NCBI GenBank assembly: GCA_036172245.1
Contig: JAYWIR010000046.1
Span: 620,001 to 684,000, forward strand
Length of the DNA stretch: 64,000 nucleotides
Direction: 5' to 3'
Origin: Raillietiella orientalis
Lineage: Eukaryota
A program made the position numbers and the translations under genes. This document shows, piece after piece, positions 24,701 to 39,700 of the stretch (positions are counted from its first letter, which is position 1; every line of letters begins with the position of its first letter). The notes beneath the pieces are model-generated. The model had not been told where the DNA came from, did no database searches, and worked only from the letters and a program-made list of their open reading frames with translations.

Positions 24701-27700
24701 CTTTCTATCCTTCCATCTCCCTACTTCCTCCTTATATTGCAGTCCAATCCTCTACTAGGGTGTGCTTTCCATCGGGACCATGAGATTCTCCACGGCTGCA
24801 CATAAGGAAAGAGGCGCACTTGCATCGATAGCTGTGACTTTCTGGCTGAATCTCTGAGTATCCCTTCCATCTGACAGCAGGTCCGCTAAGATTCGAAGTC
24901 AAAGGAATAATCTGTACTCTGGTTGTCATCTTCAGCGAAAGCAGGAAGATTCAAAGGAGCAGAAGAGAGTCGGCCGAGTTTCCCGATTCGAGATCTCTAC
25001 AGTAGTCTTGGAAACGAAACTTTACAAACAACGTGAGTGTTGGAGATTTGCCATGCCCCATTGCGCTCAAATTCTTCTGCAAAGGGTGCTTGCTCTCCAA
25101 ACAAAGGAAACGAGCAAATGGGTAGTTGATCCTGTCCAATACGGATGACCAAAGTCGTGTTGATTTTTACAGTGAAACAGTGAGTGTTAGTCGTGATGTA
25201 TCTGAAATTTGGGTGTTTGCCATGGTCCAAAAGTAATTGCTAGCGATTAAGAAAAACGCTCTTTCCTGGGATCCATAAATACAGATGAGAACAGCAGTAG
25301 CATTGCAAATGAGATTGCCGTGCTGAAGTGAACTGCTGTCTCTAAAAGAGGACAACTTGATAGACAGTTTTCCACTCGATGCCGTCCAATCTTCAAAGAG
25401 GAATTAGTGACATCGAGAGTCGCCTGAGGAACGCATATCTTTCGAATTTCCCAGTTTCCCTGCCGCCTCGCAAACAGAAACGAGAGCACCCTCAACATAA
25501 ATGAATAAACGAGAATGCTCTCAGTAAATTCCCTTGCTCTGTAGAGGAAGCGACAGACATGGATCTAGGGGTCAAGGACATTGGTTTTTGCCTTGATCCT
25601 GCAGTTTTCCATGTGCAACCTCATCGACTTGAAAAGGAGATAAGCCAGTACGATGCGTGTTGCGATTTTTGCATCTTCTCATTTGTTCCTTGGGTGGATG
25701 GTGATTGGAAAGCATTTTTCAGATCGCAACCTGAATGGAAGAAATCACCAAAAAAGCACACGCGACCAGCAGGTCGCGTTAGCTGCAATGGGAAGCACGC
25801 TATGGACGTAGGGAATTCTAGGAAGCGATTCCTTGTGATCTGCTGATCATACGTCAGTCAGTACATCATGAGTACATTATATTAAGGAAGAATCGTTTCA
25901 CATCATAGGGTGCAGTTTCCTAGACGATGGAGAAATTCCTTCTCGATAGTATTGGCAACAGGTAAGAAAAGAACAGGGGATACTTGAGGACGGAAAGCAC
26001 TAGTTATCCTCAGGGTGAAGTCGCTCACTCTGTTTACCGTGAAAAGGCTATGATGGTCTGTTCGTTTCCTCAGCATAATGTTTTCAAACCTTGGTACAGC
26101 TTAAATCCTCATATGATGTAGCATCATCTCAACGACTTTTTCTTTCATCTATGCAATTTCTTCAATCGACAGAGATTTAGGGAAACGTGAAGATCAGAGA
26201 TGTGGTTTAACTGCGGAGTCTACAGTTCCAGTGACTCCAGTGACCCCCATCTAGGGTAACCGTTTATTCTTGTGTAGAGATGTGGATAGCCGACCTTGGA
26301 GACGATCCCGTGGATCTTAGATCAGATAAATTTATATTTATCTGTCTTGCCGACAGATAATCTGTTTATCTGTCGGCAAGTGGAGCGTCCTGATTGGCTC
26401 CCGAAAGAGAATTCTCTAACAGGAAGCCCTTCTAGCTGGATCACAAGCCAAGCATCAGAAAGATTATTTGCGAAATAAACTTCTAAAGGAGCCTTGATTC
26501 AGAAGCTGTGCCAGATCACTTCGTCTCAGAAGACACAAAGATCTTGTGTGGGATTGGGAAAAGGAAAGCAGCGAAACGAAGAGGCCGTCAGCATCAGGAA
26601 TAAGATATACGAGGAAAGATGTCAGTGTCTGATCGGAGAGATGATGACCTGGACTCCACCAGGGACAAAGGGAAAACGCTCTCCACTGTGCTCGAACAAG
26701 TATTCAGGGTGACCCGAGAGAAGTGTGGTTCAAAGAATTGGGTTCTACCCTCAAGGAGAATGCGAAGTCGTTGCGAGGCCATATGGATACAGGAATGAAA
26801 ATATACATTTGCTTTCCTCCCCACTGAAACCCAGCTCTCCATCGGAGAATTCAGTAAAGCTGGATAGAGTCATAGAGGGACCATTGCGGTTCAAACACAG
26901 TTGGGGGACACCGAGAATGTTAGATCAGGCAATGTTGTTTCCTGAGACTCCAAAAGTCCTCCCAGTGCCTTTCTGCTGACAGCTCCCCGTAGAGAGGAGA
27001 GTGAGAATTCACTGAAGTAGGTCATCTGTTCCGGGACCTTGAAAAGTACCGACTGATGCGGCAGTCAGGCTTTCGCTCCGAGTGAGGGCCGTATGGGAGT
27101 AGGGTCCAGAGTCCTATAGCACAAACGAATGATGCAGCAGCTGCTTGCAACTTAATCTGCCTGAAAGGCAAGGCCATCTTGCTTCTCATTCAAGGATAGC
27201 CAATTTTTCAAAATTTTGCATTCCAACTCTCGTTCCTTATAGTTCTTCGTGTAAGCTACCAACTCTTTCCGCAACAACTGAAAAGCCGATGAGTCAATCC
27301 GTTGCGTTCACAATGGCATTTAAGGTCAAGTTGTTTTCCAGAGAGAGTCAGGAACAGAGATATGCAAAGCCCTAGGCTGATGCTCCACGTTTAGCTATGG
27401 CCAGCAGCAGGGAAGGTCATGCAAGAAGTCGCAATTCATCCTGCCTAAAACATCCTCACTACGCTCCGCAAGTTTTCAGATTAGAGGAGGATGCTCCGGC
27501 ACGTTCGGAAAAAGGCATTCAACTTGATCCAGGAAGAAATCCTGAAATCTACGGAATCACTCAAGGTAATCTTTTGGAGGGATGTTTGGGCGGGATGGCT
27601 CCCTAGATAGTTTCAGAGAAAGGAGTCCAGAAGGAGCGACAATAGCCGTCAGCATGGGATCAACGACCAATTTTCGCTGCAACCGGTGGGACTTTTTCTC

Positions 27701-30700
27701 CGGCCTCGGATCTCAAAAACGGCCTGGAGGCAACATAGTGCAGCCTTGTTGCTCGCTGACGAGGTCGGACGAGCGCATCTTCTTGTGGCAAGGGAGGAGC
27801 GGGATTTGAGCTTTCGGGGAAAAAAAAGAAATGGAACGAGCGGCTACGGGGCCGAGGCTGGGATGCGTGACCTGGCGTGGAAGAGCGCGAAGAGAGGACC
27901 GTGAGAACTTTCCGGACGTGCATGCAACGCTAGAGAGACTGCAAGGAAGAGCGTTGGCAAGCGGATGCGGAAACTGCGAGATTCGAGCATCGATCGAAGA
28001 GTCTACCACCGGCCGAGCACTTTGGATGCCCTCTGCGGCTTTGTTGCTTGAAGTGGTCCCTGAGAAACAGCAAAAGGGGTACAGTCAACCAGGTGCGCAA
28101 GCCACGTGAATTCTGGCAAAAACGATGCCACTTGGTTCTTTCCCTCGAAACACGGCTGGCTAGTGATGCCAATTACCGCGCAGCATCCGCGAGGAGATTT
28201 CATAGTTCTGAATCGATCTTTCTTCGCTTCTTAATCGTCTAGAGGGGAGTTTCTGGGAAGCAGAAAGTTTCTACTGACCAGAAACTACCTACAAAAATGC
28301 AGGAAAGAGGGAGAAGGTATGTATCCCCAAGGAAGGCGCGAGATCGGACCGTGTGGGAGCCGCAACATATACAGGTCACACGGTTGAGCCGCCCAGCTTC
28401 ACTCCCGAGAACCTACAGGGGCGTAAAATCCATTCTTGGATTCGTGCAGGATAGAATCAAAGCGCAGATGCCAATGCAGGAAGAATAGGAGTTTTTTTTG
28501 TCGCCTGAAGGGAAGACGCATGAGCCAGTCAAGGAAACGCAGAGAAAGCGAGGGAATTTTGGGGATAGATGGATCTTACCTGCCGACACCTAGGGAGAGC
28601 GTGTGATCTCGCAAAAAAAGTGTACGAGTGTGGATAGTCTACGAGACATGCCCACATTGAGAACCTCACTCAAAGGAAGCAGCCGGAAGGTAAGTAGGAA
28701 TACGGGAATAGGTTGTTCCCTGGAAACAAAAGCAAGGCAACAAAGACCGAGAAACCCATGAGGTCTTTGCTTTCGCGCCCAGTCCAAGTGGTTACCGAAG
28801 AAACCACTCGGGCTCGGTGCTAAAAACCTCAGAGTGGTATACGAGCAGTCCCGAAGGGGGAACAGAAACTGATGGTCTCCTCTCTTCAGCTCCTGCCTTG
28901 CTTCCTTAGCTTCTGCGACTGTGGGCAGGGATTCAACCGATGCTTTCAGCGGGCATCCCGGGAAGCCCTGTTTATCCAAGCACACCTGCACTTCCTGACG
29001 CCCCCTGCCTGCTTCTTCGGATTTTTGGATTCCCTCAATATTTCATTGCTTCTTAGGTCTCAAGGTGCCAGGGATTCTGCGACCATCTGCCCATCCCATA
29101 GCCGAGCACTTCTACAGAAGCGAATGGTGGTGCCTGTTTCCTCTCCTTCGTCCTAACCATTCGTGGGTGCGAGCGGCGCCCATCACGAGCAGCTTCCCTC
29201 CTCCCTGGAGCACTCGATCCAGCTTCCCATCTGATCAGTGCCCACCAGCTCCCGCGCTTGAAAGCAGCCTTCTTGACGTGAACCACCACCAGCCCGCCGT
29301 GGATCTCCGAGCACTTCCGTCCGGGAGGAGGCCGGAGAGTGCTCTCTCTTTCGAGTCTTCAACCGAAGGAAGGCAAAGGACACCTCAGGAAGGAGCCGAT
29401 GAGGAGGCTTGCCCATTTGCCACGCCCACCAGTTTCCTGTTTGAGCTCGCCACAATTTGGAGGCTATGGGAAGCTGCTGCCACCCTGGCTGGCGGTAGTG
29501 CAGACAGCAACTAGCCAGCTCGACCGTTCTCATGATGTGAGGAGGGACGTGGTGGTGTGCTGGTCATTCGAGGAGAGTGGCACTGAGAGGTGGGGGGGTA
29601 TCGGCTGTGGGACGGAGCGCGGTGGTGTCGGCAAAAAAAGCTGGCAGAGGAATTGTATCCGGATTATTAGTCTGGAACGGAAGAAAGGATGGAAGATGCA
29701 GTAGGAAAGTATTTCTAAAGGAAGAGCACGGTCACTGCTAAACCGGATGCGTTTATTCGTTTTGACTGGAGGGCTCCCAAGAACGGAGGTTCTTGTGCCG
29801 TGCCTTCTCTGCAGAGAAGTTCATCTCGATGATAAGTGCAGCGTGCCTGTCGTGCACAGGGCAGGCTAGGATCAGAGTTTCCGGTGGGAGACGTAGGCAT
29901 GAGGAATAGGGGGCACAAGGAAAGATTCCAGAGTCCGATCGGTGAGATGGAGACCTGGACTTGACCAGGAGACAAAGAGCTCTCCATGTGCTCGAGCAAG
30001 CATTCAGAATGACCCAAGAGAGGTGTCGTCAACATTGAAAGGGATGCCAGCATGGTGGGGACCTGCGGGGAATGGTTGAAAAAGAGGTTGGTGGGCAGAT
30101 GCTGTGGTTACTTTTTAGTGTATGCAGAGAGGCCAGGGTGGCGAAGATGTGGGCTTGGATGGAGGCTGAGCTCCATTGGAGAACTTCATGATGAAATAGA
30201 ACGTGTTGGAGGTTGGCGGGGATGCTTGTGAGTATGATGAGTATGTGGCTAGTGGTAGTGCTTAGTTTGAGTTGCAAAGATGAGGCCATGAGTTCTGAGG
30301 AATGGAGAGAATGATGATAGGGCTATTGGAGTTCCCTTGAGGATTGGGTGGGTTAGGAGTTGCGGAAGGTTTTGATTGGTGCAAAGAATTGTCTTCGTGG
30401 TCATAATGAGATGGCTGTTAATACGAGAGTGACGTGAATAAGCGGGCTGCTGATGGCACGTTGATGAAAGGCTCAACACGTGAATAGGGAGAAGGGTAGT
30501 AAATGGGGTAACGACTTTGCTTTTGCTGATGGCAATCATTGACGTTTCTGACGGCCTTTTCCGGTGGATAGATGAATTCGTGCAGTGATGTTGCGCATCC
30601 ACCCTTTCTAACACTTGTGCTTGTTATCTGATGCTGGTGGAGTGCTTGCGGCTGAGGTCACAACCCCCTGGCTGACTGTGTCACCTACATTTGCTTCCTC

Positions 30701-33700
30701 AAAGCTCACTTCCACCCGAACGATGACCATCGAAACACATCGCCCCTATGGCTGGAGGTAGGCAACTCTTCCCCTGCTGCTTCGGAAGATCGAATTGGGA
30801 TCAGGCTTCCTGCTTCCGTGCATGCGAAAGGACATCCTGTGCCATCTCCTTAACCCTTCTCCTTGCATCTTCTGAGTTCCTCCGTCTGCCACGTTTCCAT
30901 CGAGTAGACTCCTGAATATTTCATGATGCAGTGCATTTCTCCTTCTTTTCTCCTTGAGAATCCAGAAGAGCGTCTACAAATCCAGGGCTACCTCCGGCGA
31001 AATTTTTGGGTTCCGGAGGGGAAAAAAACAAGAAACAAAAAAAGCGAAAACACTCTTCCGTCAACGAGACATTTGATCCCTCGGTTCGTTCAGGGCCTCA
31101 GGTCTGGAGAAGAGCGGCGAGCACGGAAACTGGCGATTGTAGTCTCCCCCGGTCGAGGGCACCTCTCGCGTGCATGAGCGCGTGCGCGTGATTTCGAGGA
31201 TCAAGGTAGCTGCGACGCATCAGGGAGCACGTCACGAACCGGTAGATGAGGTTTGACGTTTCGCCGGCATGGAAACTGAAATGCGTCTCTTCGCCTTGCA
31301 CGCATATGTATTGATCCAGAAGGAAAAGGCTTCCAGGAACACACACGGGCGTGCGAAGGCAGCTGAAGTACGGTGAACACCGAAAAACGACCCCGGTAGT
31401 GACATGTGACAGGCTTCCTGGGTTTTCTCATTTTGTAGGCAACTGACATTCCGATCTGACAATTTTTCCTTGACAGGCATCCTCATTTCGTCGGCGAAAA
31501 ATCAGAATTCCATCTGCTCTGCTCGTCTCTTGGTTTGTTTTATTGGGCGCGTGTTAAATCCGATCTTTGCTGGCTATATGAGGTGTCGTTCGCCAGGATA
31601 CACGTGCATCCCTGCAGGTGCCATTCCACGAACAAAGTAAAGTATGGAGGACAGCTTTCATCAGAGCTCGGATTATTTAGACATTGGAAAGCTGTACGAG
31701 GATTCTGGAAAACTGCGCTCCTCCCGCTTAGCAAATAAAATACACACAAAAACGAGGACGTTCAGTGATTAATGAGTCACATGTATCCGACGAGAAAGGA
31801 TGGTGCACTTGAATGAGGGAGAGTGAATTGAAAAGCAGCGAATTCAGACAGCGTCTTCGTATCAGGAGCAGGACAGCACCGGAACAGGAAATTCACGTAT
31901 ATATGTCAAGAAAAAAAAAAAAAAAAAAAAACGAATTTAATTCACTACGGTTAGGTTGCGTAAGATTAGCACATCTCAAGCTCCGTCACGTTTCCTCTGC
32001 GATGCCAGGCGTGAAGCCGGCAGGTTTCGAGACGCTCAACCTATGTGTGTGGAGATGGTGCACGCACACTCACACACGCTCACAACAGTGACTCAGGCAC
32101 ACGTATGTTTCCGGTCGGAATGATCTAATTCGCGCATGCGTTGCAATAAGATGGTTCCAGCTACCACTGCTAGGTTAAGGGCATGCAAAATTGCTGTTTA
32201 GCTACCCAGCAAAGCCGCCTGAAACACCAAACAATGCACTTTGGTGTTCCCGTCGAAAGCACGAGAAATCCTAAGAGATTTCTGGACAGTCATACGCTCG
32301 CTAATGACCACTTCGCACATCTGGGTCGCAATCTGGTTTTCGGTTTTGATTTCCAATCGCTTTTCCATGATTTCTTTCTAAAAGGTGCGCCCCCGTTTAA
32401 TGTCAAGATTCAATTTTTCATAAACGATCTGGGTGCAATAAGGATTTAGACATTCGCATTTTCCCTTCCGCATCCCATTGCCTGTTACGGCGAAAGAAAT
32501 ATTAAAAACAAATAAAATAAAATGTAAGTGAGCGATGAGAACGTATCACGATGGAAGTGGCAAGATACGCTGAGCACAGTGGAGGGATCTCTCAGTTTGT
32601 GTTTTATTACTTGTTCAGTGTTTGTGCCTAGCTCAGAGAATAGAATTTGTGTACATCCGCCTTCTTTCAGGAACCTATTCTTGAATAGGAATGCAAAGAA
32701 AGCTGTAGGGAGGCCAGGGAGATAAGACTGTAGCTGGCTCTAGATCGAAATGTCTAAGAATCTGCAGAGGAAGTTTGCCGGCCGAGTTAAGGTAACCAAA
32801 TCGAATGACAGAACTGTCTCTTGAACCGTTTTTGCTTCTGACGAATTGCACCATTAATGCAAGACTTGAGCGATTCAGTGTTTGCAGAGCTTTGGTGTAT
32901 TCTGAATTCAAGGCTGTGCAAACGCGTATTCCACCCTGTGATTCACTTCGTACTTTTCGTTTCCTTGTCCCACTCTTGTCACGATCTGCTTCCTGCTCGT
33001 CTTTTTCCTTCTTTTTTGAAGTCAGGACCGGATCACTTCCTCCCCAAGTTCTATTTGCTCTTATCCACCGAATCCATTGTCATCCTCGAATAAGATTTAA
33101 CCACAAGTGCCCGTACAAAATTTGTTCTCCCAACTCTGTTCTCTTTGCATGCTTACGGACACTCATTTCAGCTAATCATTCTCAGCTCTGTGCCACCCAA
33201 ACAACTAGCTGATGAGGCGATCAACGAGCATTATCATCAGTTTATAGCAGTTTACTCAGCCTTTAATGGTCGTTCTTTTCTTTCTTTCTTTCTTTTTTTT
33301 TAACGTTGTCTTTATGCTCTGCATTTTCAATGAACAAGCCGATTAAAACCACAGAGAATTATTCCGAAGTGTTCATCAAGAACTCCTCAAGCTAATGGGA
33401 TCATCAAGAGATTAATGGAAAAATCTGGAATGGAAGCGCTACAGGACTCGTTGGCCATAAATCTGGAAGACAGAAAATACACTCGAGATCATGTTTTCGT
33501 ACGAATGTCCCCTGCTTCAAATCTCCTGCTGAAAAAGGCGAACCATCATTCACCTCACGAATCTCAAGTGTCCACTAACTAATGCAACGAGATTTTTCAG
33601 CATGTATCATCATGTATCATCTTCATTCGCTTGCTATATGTGATCACTTTTGGAGAGCAACGGATGCAATCCTTTGGGACCCTGTGATGCAGGGAAAAAA

Positions 33701-36700
33701 ACACAGCTCAAGACGACGGTTGCGTTCAAGAATGCACCCACGTGGGTAAACCGGATCAAAGTTAAAATGGATCAAACTTTGCGAATTTATAGTTCCCTTC
33801 ACAGTAATGATAGTTGCTATTTTTCCTCGAATTACTATGGAATTTCCACTCAGGAAATTAAATCAAAGCATTGCTATCCAGTCATCCAATGTTACTCACT
33901 GGGTGAAGTAGCCACATTCACCTCAAAGAGTGATAGTTGTTCTACTCTGGGCTGTGGAATGTCTTGCCATGAATTCATCCCTTTTATTATTCTTACTACG
34001 CTGCTAACGGCGATTCATGTATGCTCTAGGTTGCTGATATTAAACATCAGCATCTGACAGCTTCCGAACTACGCTGTTTAAAATGCACGTCGCCACTTTC
34101 CAAGCACCCTATGATCGTATTGCATTCTGTTGCTTTGGGCCATTCACAAATCACATTTTCGTCGTTACAGGCTTCAGTATCTTTAGGAAAAGTGATTCCT
34201 ACTTTGCTTCGTCATCGTACCGGGGTCCCCGAACGCTCTACGAAGGGGATAAGTTGCCCTTCTGTGAACTTGCTAAGCAAGGCGTAAAGCGCATTTCCTC
34301 ATCCTTTCATCTGTGTTTCACTGCAACTTCAAAATCATGCATCCGTGGGGAAGGAGACTCATGGAGCTGCCTCGCAGCAAGATTGCATACATATTTAAAG
34401 ATCTCTCGTATAATTAATGAGTGCTTATGTAACTGAAATACTCTTCCTTCGATTAAGTTCAAGAGTAATCCACGAAATTCAGTCGATGAAAATAGTTCTG
34501 AATTCACTAAAGTAAGGTGGCTTGAGATGATAAAAATATTTGGATCTCACATATTCAGCCCAAAATGCCTTGCGAACCTAAAAGGGGCATAGCTGAAAGC
34601 ATAGCTAAAAAGGAAAACGTCGTGCACGTTATCGGATGCACACAGAACGTAATGTCGCGAAGTGCTCCAATCACTCTCCTTGTCCTTAGCAAGCATGTAA
34701 TTAAATCCAGCGTCCGAATTAAAATTTCATGCATCTGTTAGCAAACATGGCTGGAATGTTTAGCTTGCCTCATGAAAATTGTTTCAGTTCTATTATTCGA
34801 ATACAGATTTTGCACACAGTTTAGATATTTCAAAGAGCTTCTTGCAATCTTGTTTTCGTAAAAGAACAAATGATTCAGTTTACCCTATTGAAATGTGACT
34901 GTGAAACGTTAGACACAGTGAAAATGAATTACCAACTTAGAAGTTATTTTCCAAAGAATAGGAATTGCTCCTTAAAATAGCTGCAAATTCTGACAAACTA
35001 TTTTACTGCATGTGTTGCAGACTTGATAGTTTCCTTCTCATCTCATAAACCTTAGTATTTGTCGACTAATGATCCCCACTAAAGGGTAAAGGACATTATA
35101 AAATAACATCAGCAGCATGAACTACTTATAATGAATTCATAATGTCTTAAGGATTCCCTCAATACTTTACTTTCTGTCATCTAAAGATTTCCTTTACTTT
35201 ATGATATAAAAATACCCTTTCCATTAAAAAAAGAAATTCCTACAAGCGGATCCATTCCCGGTTCCCTTCGGAGAAGTTGAAATGGAGAGGACCACCCCTC
35301 ATTGCGGGGGGTGTCCCTCCGGAGAGAATGAGAGAAAAAAAAAACCATTAAAAAAAGAAAGTGCAACACGTGTAACAGATATTCTTCAGGGATTGCAGAA
35401 ATTTTTGAGAGGATACGCGGATTTCGATTATGTTGGCTATTCTATATTCTATTCCTTCAAACAAAAAATCGAAATTATCTGCAATGTCATTTTAGCATTT
35501 TTTTATAAACTCAGGAAAGCTTGGGATTCAAATAAGTCACATGGAGTATATATATACATATGAATTCACATACATGCACTTTCAAGAACTTACTAGATTG
35601 AAAGAAAACAAAATTCCGTTTCAGGAGCAAACAATTTTGCCATATGTAGTTCGTATAAACTAATCGGTCTGGATAAAGGAAAATCGAGAAATAAGGATAG
35701 CATAGAGTTGCTTGCTCAAGTTTATGAAAGCATCTCCTACAGAAATTGTTCCAGCAATAGTTTCCTGAAATAGCAGATGGATGCTCACAACATAGCATAC
35801 ATAAGGAGTAATTCATTTGTGCATTTGAAGAAAAAATGAATAATTTCAGGGATCAGGAATGTATTAGATGTGCTCGTGCTATCCGTAGAAAAAGAAAAGT
35901 AGCTCCGAATAATATACTCACATACAATTAGCCGTCAGTTATCGCAGCTAATTTAAAATTGCTGTACCTGATATGCCCAATGAGCCTAAACGTTACACAA
36001 AATGCTTCCAAGCATTAAGGGATGGTAAATATTTACGTTCTCGAAGTACAAGAGCGACTAATGAAACAGCTCATAAATATTTGCGTACCTTTTTCGGTCA
36101 AATTATTTGTACAACAATTAGAAGATGATATCGAGTTCTTCTTTGCTTGGAGTACATAGAGAAAAAAAAATAAAGAAAGAGGATGATCATGTTATAACTC
36201 AACCATGTGGTTACTGCTGATCAAAGACATTACCAAATAAATAACTTGAGCATCGCATATTTCTGGTGGAGTAATCTAAATTAAGGGATTTAGAATGGGA
36301 TGCATCTTATGGTCTCCAGTTTATCTAACCTAACGTCACCGTGGTGTTGAAGAAAAACCAAGCGGCCATCTGCAAGTGATGCCAAACAACCTATTCTTCA
36401 TAATTTGTGGAAATATTGAGGAATCGAAGAACATAAAGAATTTTTTGACAACAATTGGTCGTTAATCTTTGCTACTTTGGCCATTTTCTCTAACAATCAG
36501 TCATTTAGAATTTAGCAGCTCTCTTAGTCACTTGTCTCTGCTTTCTCTCGAAAACAGTCATTCCATGGAAACATTTCTTGATTTATAAAAGGATCTCCAT
36601 CATTTTATTGGCCGAGTAAGTATCCGAGTTAAAAATGCATCGCTTTCAACAGACATCTTCCTTGTTTCCTTCATTTCCTTATCCGCCTGTTCCCAGAGTT

Positions 36701-39700
36701 TTCAAAACCAGCTTCATTTTTTTTTCTAATGTGGACACTTTAGAAACAATTTTTAATCTATTCACTCGCAATCTCTCGATAATTTCATGTTTTCATGCAA
36801 ATTGTTAACAAGGTGGATAAATGTGACGTCATTGCACATTTGTTGCAACATGAAAAATTAACACACGATATGCGTGTGATTGCACCCCACAATAACCGAA
36901 TTGCACCAGTCTAGCAGTATTGAGCCTTGGATATCTTCAGTTCATACTTTGTGCCTGAAATCTCCAGTCTCTTAGACGCGATCGTCCACTGTCTTTGCAC
37001 AGCGGAGAATGAGAAATCCTTTTACAACTCTATGATTTCCTGCCTATTCAAGACCTTGAATGCTGACTAGTTTCTCCTTCCCGCTCAGCACGTTCTTCAA
37101 ATGCTTCTCACTAAGACTGCTGCTGTCCTCAGTCAGAAGTTTTCGGAGAGAGCTCCTTTTAATGCTGGAAACAACATCTCCGGAAACCTTGCTGGTAACT
37201 TTTCTTATTTTCGGAATCGAGAATGGGTTTTCAATAAATAGAATTCTTTATGATAAGGAGCGAATTTCTTCCAGGATTCCAAGGTGTTCCAATTTCATCT
37301 TCAGGTTTTCAAACTGCTACCTTGTTTTCTTATTGAATTCTTCAAATGTCGTGAGTGAGCATGCGGTTGTGTCTCGGCGTATTATTTGTTAGATTGCTGA
37401 ATCGATTAATGCATGTGGATCATATGGGACGGAGAGTTTATGTCATCCGCAAATAGACCTCATCTTGACTTTCTTCAATCATAAATGGGATTTGGGGATG
37501 TATCTGCTGAAGTAATAGGTTTCTTTTGGGAAATTCGACACCGTTGATCAAGCAATTGTTTTAATCTACCAATAGTTTGAAGATCATGGATCTTCCATCT
37601 TTTGCACCGACATTTTGTTCTGCAAATGACTATAGTTAAGAATAGAGTGAGAGGAAAGAAAATGGCTTGCATTTTCTCGAATTGTCTACCTGACTATTTA
37701 GTATTAGGAAAATCAATCTACGAAGCATCGCGTTTCGCGACAGCTAAAGTGGTTTTGGAATACACCGCCATGTAACGGACAGAAGTAAACCAGGCAGCTG
37801 CGAAGGCTTCAGATGTTCGTTGCATTCTATTTGTCAAGTTTAATTCTGGTCTTTGCTTCCACCGTCCCCGAACTATCATAATTTGCTAGATGAAATGCTA
37901 CAAAGTGCTGACAAGCTTTTTCTGGATTGGTCTTTGCTTTCCCCTTTCTTAGTTTCTCCCGAGATCTGCATTTGTGAACTCCTCCATGGCTTTTTCCGCT
38001 CTCGGATTGCTCTTCAATGAAATCATGTACCAGTTCTTTCGTGTATTTGGGTTTTATTACAGGTGGTGAGTTCGTTTAGAGAAAATTGATAGAAAAAAAT
38101 ATCATGGCTGCTGGTTCTAGTCAGTTTGCTACAGATGCAGCAAATGGCATCCAGTTCAGCCCCAAGCACTTGGAAAATGATGGAAACGGAGGGCGAAACT
38201 TCGTGAAAATTTTTGTTCAGCCACCACTGCAAAGGCGTCATCTTCACGCAAGTTACAAGATGGAACTGCACGGGAGCACTCCGCTTGGATTCAGAGATCG
38301 GATTACAATAATAGCAGTGTCTTAGATTGAATGCTCCAAGTGAAGTAGAAGCAGCTAGATAAGAATAATCTGTAATTATTGAAGGCTCGCATGTGCACAC
38401 CAGATCACTTCCGTATCACGACTAATCCAAGCGTAAATTTCGAGTGTCTTATTGCCTGACGTCAGTGACTGTTGCTCGCCACTATGGGAGAGTACTGCAG
38501 TATGGACGGATCAGTTTTGAGAAGTGGGTTCAAACATTTTTATATGCTGAATCCGCTGTGACGACAAGACGGGAATCTTCGAAGATAATGTCGAGCTATA
38601 TTCTTGCGGAAATTGGCGAAAGCGAGGTTTTTAATAGCTCTTCCGCATCCATTTTATCCAGCTTTTACTCTTTTGCTATGCCGCTACACTGGTGCATACC
38701 GCTATTCAGAGGGGAGCATTATGGGAAAAGCTGGCGGTAACAGTCTGAGACTGTTTAGGTGCGAGAAGACTATCTGCTGTACCAAGTATTAGGGGGGCAA
38801 GTCAATTGCTGGAGCCGCCTATTGTGGCCGGTCTTACTAGGAAGATTACAGTTAAAGAGTGAACGATGATGATAATTGCACTTATCATCATCGTTCTGAG
38901 GGATGAGGGAAACTGGTTGGGAGAGTTCTAAACGGATAATGAATCCTAGAGAGGTGCCCATTTTTTTCTAGGATTTGTTTTTTTTTTTTCATGAAATATT
39001 TGAAAGCCGCAAATCCTGGTGCACGTGGAGCCTGGATATCTTGATATTGGGAAAGCCATTCGGCGTCTGCCTATTTTTCATGCTCTCATGCATTGCATCA
39101 CTTGTTTTGTTGGAGGATCTCGATTCCGGAGTGCTTGCACCACTTTATTTCCATCTACCACATGACTTCTGGTTCCATTCTTCTCATGCCTGTGACTTTC
39201 ATCTTGAACCACCATTGAATGCTGCCTACTGGGGAAGCTACAAGTGTGGCATGCTTAGCGGAATGTTCATAAGAGGATGACCATCTAGGATCCGAAATTC
39301 CGTTCTGAGTTTGAAATGGGTTTTCCTTTATCTCTCTCTTGCTGAATGTTCCCTGTTTATCTGGTTTTAAGATAAATTCTTCCCGGTCACTTGTGAAGGA
39401 ATCATCATCTTACAAAGCCAACATTTAGTACAGACGGCTCCCTCCCTCTAGTTTTGGCATTTGCGTTCTGGTGAATCATCTTGAGTTGATTTCACCGCAT
39501 AATGCAGTCACTCGTCCTGCATTCTTGAATTTCCACGTTCACTGAAAGGAAATTGTCCTCTTTCATGTACTCAGTTTGTTCTTATGTTATCTTGAATTCC
39601 ACAAGTATTCGTGAAATCTTGCTATTCTCTTTATCCGATAACTTACATGTGACCAAAATGTAACCCAAAGCAGTCCTTGCTGATGGAGTTTACCCACTCT

